Virus record (IMG/VR): IMGVR_UViG_3300048892_000198
Coordinates: 46,729-110,728 of that record
Reading direction: 5' to 3' (one strand)
DNA length: 64,000 nt
DNA from: a virus
Part shown: one piece after another, positions 59,181 to 64,000 of the stretch
Layout of the letters: each line of letters begins with the position of its first letter
Numbering within the stretch: position 1 is the first letter of the stretch
The notes under the pieces: generated by a model
Database searches by the model: none
Told to the model about the DNA's origin: nothing
The model's input: only the letters and a program-made list of their open reading frames with translations
Translations under genes and position numbers: made by a program

Positions 59181-59603
59181 ATGGGGATCTTCATCGAGAA
59201 GGGCTGGCTCATCCAGGACACCGAGATCACGATCGAGGGAGACCCTGTTGTTGACAAATCCGGCGAGCCCTACGGGACGTTCCTGGCGTTTCAGGTCTAC
59301 GACGAAAACGGAGATCCGGTCACCGGGAACTATAAAGGTCCGGGCTCGGTCAACGGCACCCAGGTCATCTTGGGAGATCCGTACCGCACCACCAATCTCA
59401 TCGAGTACAAGTGCGACCGGCAAGCGACCAGCGAGAGCTGGGACCACTACCAAGGGTACCGCGAAGCCCTCACTACTCCGCGGCAGCTCAGCGCCAAGCA
59501 ATACGCGAAAAAGATCTACGGCCAGACGCGCGCGTGGGAGGACGGCTATCAGCAGGGGTACGCCGAGAGGAAGATGCGCGGCGCTCGGAGAGTCAGATCC
59601 TGA
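59181..59603 (+). CDS. hypothetical protein
   Basis: AWEDGYQQGY motif. Confidence 0.65.
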   Translation: MGIFIEKGWLIQDTEITIEGDPVVDKSGEPYGTFLAFQVYDENGDPVTGNYKGPGSVNGTQVILGDPYRTTNLIEYKCDRQATSESWDHYQGYREALTTPRQLSAKQYAKKIYGQTRAWEDGYQQGYAERKMRGARRVRS

Positions 59604-60640
59604 TGCCGACCCCCGCACAAGCCGCGAGCTTCATCGCGCTCGAGTCCGAAGACTACGATGGCCTGGGCGGTGCCAATGGTTACGGCTGGGCGCGGGCGAC
59701 GACCGATGACGTAGCAGCCGGCATCGGCGTCTCGACCGAAGAGGCCTACCGCTTGCTCAAGGCGGCAGCGAAGAAGGGGCTCGTGCATCAGGATGCCTTC
59801 CGCCGGAAGGGCGTCTCGACGGGTCGATTCGGTGCGAGCCAGGTCGGTTGGGCGATCTGGGAAGTGCACCTCACGCGCGAACAGACGATCGAGCGTGATG
59901 GTGAAGCCCGGGAGCCCGATGAACGCTCGGTGAAGTTTCACCGGGACGCAGTGCTGGACGAATTCGTGCGGGGCGAGCAGGTGACCGGCAAGACGATGCT
60001 GCGAGCGGCTGAAGCGTGCGGCGTCGACATCGAGCCCGCGCTCAAGCGTGCCCTGAACAAGCCCGGCATCTGGGTGCGTCCCCTTACCTCGAACCTCCCC
60101 TCCGATGCGCAAAGCGCGCATGCGTGTGCCATTTACGGCACGCTCAGGCAGTCGGGAGATCAGTCGATGAAACCGAATATCCGTGACGATGAAGTCGACG
60201 AAGCGCCCCCCGGCCCGCGGATCGTCGCGCTTCGGTTGGCAGGATTCGAGGAAGTGAGGCGTGAGTTTGAGGGACGGTTCCGGGAACTCAGTGAGCGGAG
60301 AGCACGCCTCGATCGCGCGGCATATCGTGAAGAGCGCGAGCGTCTGATGGATGAGCAGGCGGCGGCTCAAGACTCGGTCAACGCCAGGTACCCGCTCCCT
60401 GCTGCACTCGCCCCGAACGCCTCCCACTACGTCTGGGTGCTCTTCTCGCGTTCGGATACGCCGATCTCGAGTGAGGGCCCCTTCGGGCCCTACTCCCAGA
60501 GCGTCGCCGATCAGTTTGCACGCATCGGCGCGAGCGAAGGCATTCACGATCGCGCGGTCAGCGTTGGGAAAGATCCCGAAGCGCGTGGTTTCAAGATCGA
60601 GCGCCGCTACGCGGCCCGCACCGGCACTCGCCTCCTCTGA
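59603..60640 (+). CDS. multi-domain hypothetical protein (wHTH-like N-terminus)
   Basis: TGATG-coupled; TTDDVAAGIGVSTEEAYRLLKAAAKKGLV. Confidence 0.65.
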   Translation: MPTPAQAASFIALESEDYDGLGGANGYGWARATTDDVAAGIGVSTEEAYRLLKAAAKKGLVHQDAFRRKGVSTGRFGASQVGWAIWEVHLTREQTIERDGEAREPDERSVKFHRDAVLDEFVRGEQVTGKTMLRAAEACGVDIEPALKRALNKPGIWVRPLTSNLPSDAQSAHACAIYGTLRQSGDQSMKPNIRDDEVDEAPPGPRIVALRLAGFEEVRREFEGRFRELSERRARLDRAAYREERERLMDEQAAAQDSVNARYPLPAALAPNASHYVWVLFSRSDTPISSEGPFGPYSQSVADQFARIGASEGIHDRAVSVGKDPEARGFKIERRYAARTGTRLL

Positions 60641-60644
60641 ACGC

Positions 60645-60890
60645 TCAGCGCGCGAGCGCTGCTACTAGGGGAGCTATCTCCTTGCGGATGTCTGCCTGTT
60701 CCAGCACCTCGGCGGGCTCGAAGAGGATGTGCTGCAGACTCGTGATGTTGGGGCGCCCGATGGCGCTGTATTTTCCTGCGTAGATGTCGTCTTTCATGCC
60801 GGGCAGTAGAGCGGCTACCGCGAGCATTCGATCCTCTGCGGTCCATTCGGATGTGAGGCCTTGGGCGATGCGCTCAGTAGAGAAAAACAT
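60645..60890 (-). CDS. hypothetical protein
   Basis: AAGGAG RBS; MFFSTER. Confidence 0.55.
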   Translation of the reverse strand: MFFSTERIAQGLTSEWTAEDRMLAVAALLPGMKDDIYAGKYSAIGRPNITSLQHILFEPAEVLEQADIRKEIAPLVAALAR

Positions 60891-60895
60891 TCGAC

Positions 60896-61093
60896 CTACT
60901 CCTTGTTGGGGTGCTTCCACGCGAGACATTTGCAGCCTTCTTCCAGGCAGGGGACCGAGTGCTGAGCTGCTGGATGCCCGCAGCTGCATAATGGACCGCG
61001 TGCGCGATCGTAGATAAATTCTAGCACTTTGCCGATTGTGTATCCCCCGGCGCCGATGATGCAGATCGCCGTCGCCGCCTGCACAGGGTCCAT
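60896..61093 (-). CDS. small membrane protein with Zn finger
   Basis: TM, then CSCGH...H...C...CKC. Confidence 0.6.
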   Translation of the reverse strand: MDPVQAATAICIIGAGGYTIGKVLEFIYDRARGPLCSCGHPAAQHSVPCLEEGCKCLAWKHPNKE

Positions 61094-61098
61094 GGGGC

Positions 61099-62511
61099 TC
61101 ACCAGGGACGATCCTTCAAGAGAGCATGTTGCCCGAGCGCCCGCAGTCGCTCGACCTCGCTGAGCTCGAATTGATGCTCGGGCGTGTTGCGCGCGCGGTC
61201 CGCGCTCGCCGCCTGCATGTTGTAGACGCTCAAGATCTGATAGACGCAGGTGTAGCGAGCGCCGGCCATCTCGAGCAGCGGCCACATGATGGCCTTGTCG
61301 ATGGCGTACTCGGTCCAGGTGCCGTCCGGCCGCAGGAGACAGCGGGGCTCAGGGATCTCGCTCGCCGTCGCCACCGCATCCAGGTACCCGAGGCTCAGCC
61401 GTTTCGCCAATCCCGCCCGGAACGTCTTCAGGTGCGTCGCGCGCCAGTCGGCATACCGCACGCGCGTGCCGGGCGCGTAGGGCGCGGCAAACCCCACCTC
61501 GCCGTCGGAAAACATAAACTGACCGTAGGTGAGCCAGGGCTCGCTCTTGTGCGCGTAGGCGAGGGCCAAGATTTCGAGCGCTCGATCGTGCGCGAGCCAA
61601 TCGTCGCCATCGAGCCAGACGACGACCTCGCTATCGGGGAGATTTTTCCAGATGTGCCAGCAGTTTTCGAGAGCGGCCTGGCGGACTTCGTTGTGCACGA
61701 CCTGGAGCTGGAGATCGGTCTCGGCATTGAAGAGCGCGATCTCCTCGGTCCGGTCTTCGCTCTTGGCGTCGACGACGATGTGCGTGTAATTGCGAAAAGT
61801 CTGGGACTGCACGCTCGAGATGCACTTCTGGATCCAGCGCTCCGCGTTGAGCGCGGTCGAGACGATGGTCATGTGCATCGGCTCTTCCTTGGGTACGAGC
61901 ACGCAGAAGTTGTGCCGCCCCATCCAGTGCTGAGCTTGGTGCACCTCCATCAGCTGCCGAAGCTGCGCCGTGCGCGCCTCGTCCAAGACCCAGCCATGGA
62001 TCCGAAAGCGCGTGAGCCAGTACTCGGGAGGCTGCAGATTGATGTGCCCTTCCCACTCCTGACCGGGAGCCGCCGCAGACCACACGATCACGTCCGTCGC
62101 GCGAGAGGCAACGTTAGCGACGATCGAGAGCGAGTGCTGCTCGGAGATGTGCTCGGCCGTCTCGGTGCAGATCACGCAGTGGAAGCCACGGAGGAGTCGA
62201 GCGTCATCGGCGGCGCTGCCAATGGGCTCCGTCAAATCGAACCGCTCGACATGCACCCCCGGCTCGATCATGTCGATCGCAAACGGCGAGTACTCGCCCC
62301 CGATGGTGCTCCAGCCGAGCTCGTTCAGGCGAGCGGTCTGTAGTCCGATGCCGCACCCGATGTCGAGGGCGCTCGGCTGGGCTCCGACCACGGCATGAAT
62401 GCAGTCGGCGAGCTTTCGGTAGTTGTCCCGGCAGCCGCGCATCTGCTCGAAAAAAGCGGCGTCGTGGGGATCGGAGCTCGGAGGTTTATCGGTGTTTTCA
62501 GGGTTTCCCAT
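61099..62511 (-). CDS. SAM-dependent methyltransferase fused to GT2 glycosyltransferase
   Basis: ALDIGCGIG...ETAEHI...AAAPGQ...HINLQPPEYW; TIVSTALNAERWIQKCI...WLDGDDWL. Confidence 0.85.
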   Translation of the reverse strand: MGNPENTDKPPSSDPHDAAFFEQMRGCRDNYRKLADCIHAVVGAQPSALDIGCGIGLQTARLNELGWSTIGGEYSPFAIDMIEPGVHVERFDLTEPIGSAADDARLLRGFHCVICTETAEHISEQHSLSIVANVASRATDVIVWSAAAPGQEWEGHINLQPPEYWLTRFRIHGWVLDEARTAQLRQLMEVHQAQHWMGRHNFCVLVPKEEPMHMTIVSTALNAERWIQKCISSVQSQTFRNYTHIVVDAKSEDRTEEIALFNAETDLQLQVVHNEVRQAALENCWHIWKNLPDSEVVVWLDGDDWLAHDRALEILALAYAHKSEPWLTYGQFMFSDGEVGFAAPYAPGTRVRYADWRATHLKTFRAGLAKRLSLGYLDAVATASEIPEPRCLLRPDGTWTEYAIDKAIMWPLLEMAGARYTCVYQILSVYNMQAASADRARNTPEHQFELSEVERLRALGQHALLKDRPW

Positions 62512-62519
62512 TGCGCGAG

Positions 62520-62549
62520 ACAGTAGCGTGCTATCTTTGGCAATGGCAA
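62520..62549 (-). promoter_or_regulatory. sigma70-like promoter, probably leaderless
   Basis: TTGCCA-N18-TACTGT, 8 nt before ATG 62511. Confidence 0.5.
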
Positions 62550-62559
62550 GGCTATAACC

Positions 62560-62760
62560 ATGGAAGAAGACATCGGGAGCGGCGACGAGCCCTGCTTGGC
62601 ATGCGGCGCCCAAGCTGGGGTGGCGTGCAAAGCGGATGGTCACTCTCGGGTGGGCCCACGAGGGCTCGCGTGCCGCGCTTGTCGCGGCAAGGGTGAGGTC
62701 GGGCTGACGAAGTGCCCTTCGTGCAAGGGATCGGGAAGGGAAACCAATGTCTCGGCGTAA
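62560..62760 (+). CDS. DnaJ-type CxxCxGxG zinc-finger protein
   Basis: CRACRGKG...CPSCKGSG. Confidence 0.65.
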   Translation: MEEDIGSGDEPCLACGAQAGVACKADGHSRVGPRGLACRACRGKGEVGLTKCPSCKGSGRETNVSA

Positions 62761-62776
62761 CCATCGTGCAGGAACC

Positions 62777-63541
62777 ATGAAAATTCTTCTGATTGGGTTA
62801 GTGCTCGGTCTCGCCGCTTGCGGCGCGCCCTTCACCGCGAACGAATTCACGCCCTCAGGTGAAGCCGGGGCTCAGACCATTGGATCGGGCGCGGGCCAGG
62901 GCGGCGATTCTTCGGGCTCCGCCGGAGCCGCCGGAGCCGTCCACGATCCAATGGCCAGAGCTGGCGCGGGAGGCGCCGCAGCCGGAGCGCCTTCGGTCGA
63001 TTTTGCGGGCGCAGCAGGCGCCGTCCCCGACGCGATCCCGACGCCCTACGTGCCTCTGCCCTGCTCTTCCGAGCGCAACGTGTCGGGTGGCTATGACAGC
63101 TCGTTCAATACGGTGCCGGCGTGCCTGCGCACCCGCGAAGCGCTCAATACCGTCGGCTGCACCAACTGGGACCATCGCTCGATCACCGTCAACGGCGTGA
63201 TAGCGACCTGCGGCGTGCCGCTCACCTTCCCGCCGAGCGCGGACGGATACACGTACATCGATCTCGGCCCCGGCTCAGCAGGGGACGCGGCGATCCGGTG
63301 GTTTCTGACCGCCCCCGCCCCGAACGCCTGCTCGGCGCGGCAATGGGTGCAGGGCGATCTCTACGCTCCAGGAGAGATCATGGTCGGCGTGTGCGACGCG
63401 CCCGGGAGCACGAAGAGCTGCGAGCTCGGGAAGACTTATGCGTTCTACTGCTCGGATAGCTCGACCAATCACTGCAGCGAGACCGGCCCCGGCGCGAACG
63501 GCTGGATTTCGGTGTGGACGCTGGTTTCGATTTGCAAGTAG
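62777..63541 (+). CDS. myxobacterial-style Cys-rich lipoprotein
   Basis: Lipobox LAAC; Gly/Ala linker; FNT..AC...GCTNW..RSITVNG domain. Confidence 0.75.
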   Translation: MKILLIGLVLGLAACGAPFTANEFTPSGEAGAQTIGSGAGQGGDSSGSAGAAGAVHDPMARAGAGGAAAGAPSVDFAGAAGAVPDAIPTPYVPLPCSSERNVSGGYDSSFNTVPACLRTREALNTVGCTNWDHRSITVNGVIATCGVPLTFPPSADGYTYIDLGPGSAGDAAIRWFLTAPAPNACSARQWVQGDLYAPGEIMVGVCDAPGSTKSCELGKTYAFYCSDSSTNHCSETGPGANGWISVWTLVSICK

Positions 63542-63622
63542 TCTCCGTACGTGATCGATCTGTGAAAATCGAAACGAAGGCAACATGGTGCCTACAGAAA
63601 CCATGGCCGCCACGAGCGCCTG

Positions 63623-63964
63623 AAGTGAAGGGAGCTCGGGCCCTACGGAAGCCGAGACTTACTGGCGGTCTACGACTCAAGGAGAGCGGCTCCGTGTGGA
63701 GGGAGCTCGGTCCCGATAGAAATCCGAGACTCGAAGTGTCCGACAAAGCGCAAAGGGAGCTCGATCCCGACAAAAATCGAGACATGGCCCGCGTGTTGAC
63801 GACAGTGCGAGGGGAGCTCGGGCCCTACGGAAGCCGAGACGTTGGCAAAGTGTTCAAAGGAAGGTGCAAAGGGAGCTCGGACCCTATGGAACCCGAGACA
63901 CCCCGGGCGACACCAATAGGTCCAGCTTGTGTGAAGGGAGCTCGGGCCCTATGGAAGCCGAGCC
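63623..63964. CRISPR. degenerate CRISPR-like array: 6 repeats (36-37 nt) and 5 unique spacers; no cas gene in window
   Basis: Consensus GTGYRAAGGGAGCTCGGNCCCTAYGGAANCCGAGAC at 63623, 63694, 63748, 63805, 63864 and 63929; spacers 35, 17, 21, 23 and 29 nt; CTCGG/CCGAG hairpin. Confidence 0.75.
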
Positions 63965-64000
63965 AAATCCGGCCACTGCTGAATATTTGACGCGCGGGCG

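Noticed and set aside
62512-62850. N-terminal extension of the MTase-GT2 ORF
   Set aside because: It overlaps two plus-strand genes, and a promoter sits just before ATG 62511.
63623-63964. TIGR-type array interpretation
   Set aside because: No fixed-length dual-spacer units or box C/D-like motifs are visible and no Nop-domain gene was recognised; the layout is a single repeat plus a variable spacer.
63514-63990. 158-aa ORF running through the array
   Set aside because: It overlaps the lipoprotein end, has no RBS, and reads the repeats in different frames (KGARALRKPR versus RELGP); conservation is at the RNA hairpin level.

Overview
The window looks like a segment of a large, GC-rich bacteriophage or prophage genome. 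Hints of a myxobacterial (Polyangiaceae-like) host come from the style of its lipoproteins, LuxR-type HTH and Fis HTH; this is inference. Positions 1-28261 form a tightly coupled leftward block of replication and nucleotide genes: a RuvC-like protein, a FliA-like sigma factor fused to LuxR-type HTHs, a papain-like peptidase between two lipoproteins, two MazG-like proteins, DnaB, a DnaA C-terminal domain, DUF1643, ThyX, a P-loop kinase, a DnaC-like loader, a replication initiator with an ori-like region, a beta clamp, an ATP-grasp protein and many small hypotheticals. From 28.3 kb transcription is mostly rightward. It covers small accessory genes, membrane and probable virion proteins, three paralogous fibre proteins (two with long proline-poor Gly-X-Gln collagen tracts) interleaved with glycosyltransferase, methyltransferase and 2OG-Fe(II) oxygenase genes, a receiver domain, a holin-like gene, a Fis HTH and a second sigma70. 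I recognised no terminase, portal, capsid, integrase, tRNA or cas gene. Four observations stand out. (1) A cas-less CRISPR-like array at 63.55-63.96 kb has degenerate but structurally co-varying 36-37 nt repeats and mostly short spacers (17-35 nt). (2) A bipartite promoter-like motif, AGGGAAGA..-N14-CGTAGCAC, occurs in three copies upstream of gene starts, alongside a separate sigma70-like promoter class with 18-bp spacers and leaderless starts. (3) The fibres form a modular collagen system with candidate glycosylation enzymes and a shared C-terminal FFGAGTTS peptide. (4) Several enzymes appear catalytically dead. All family calls come from motif recognition by eye; no searches were run.
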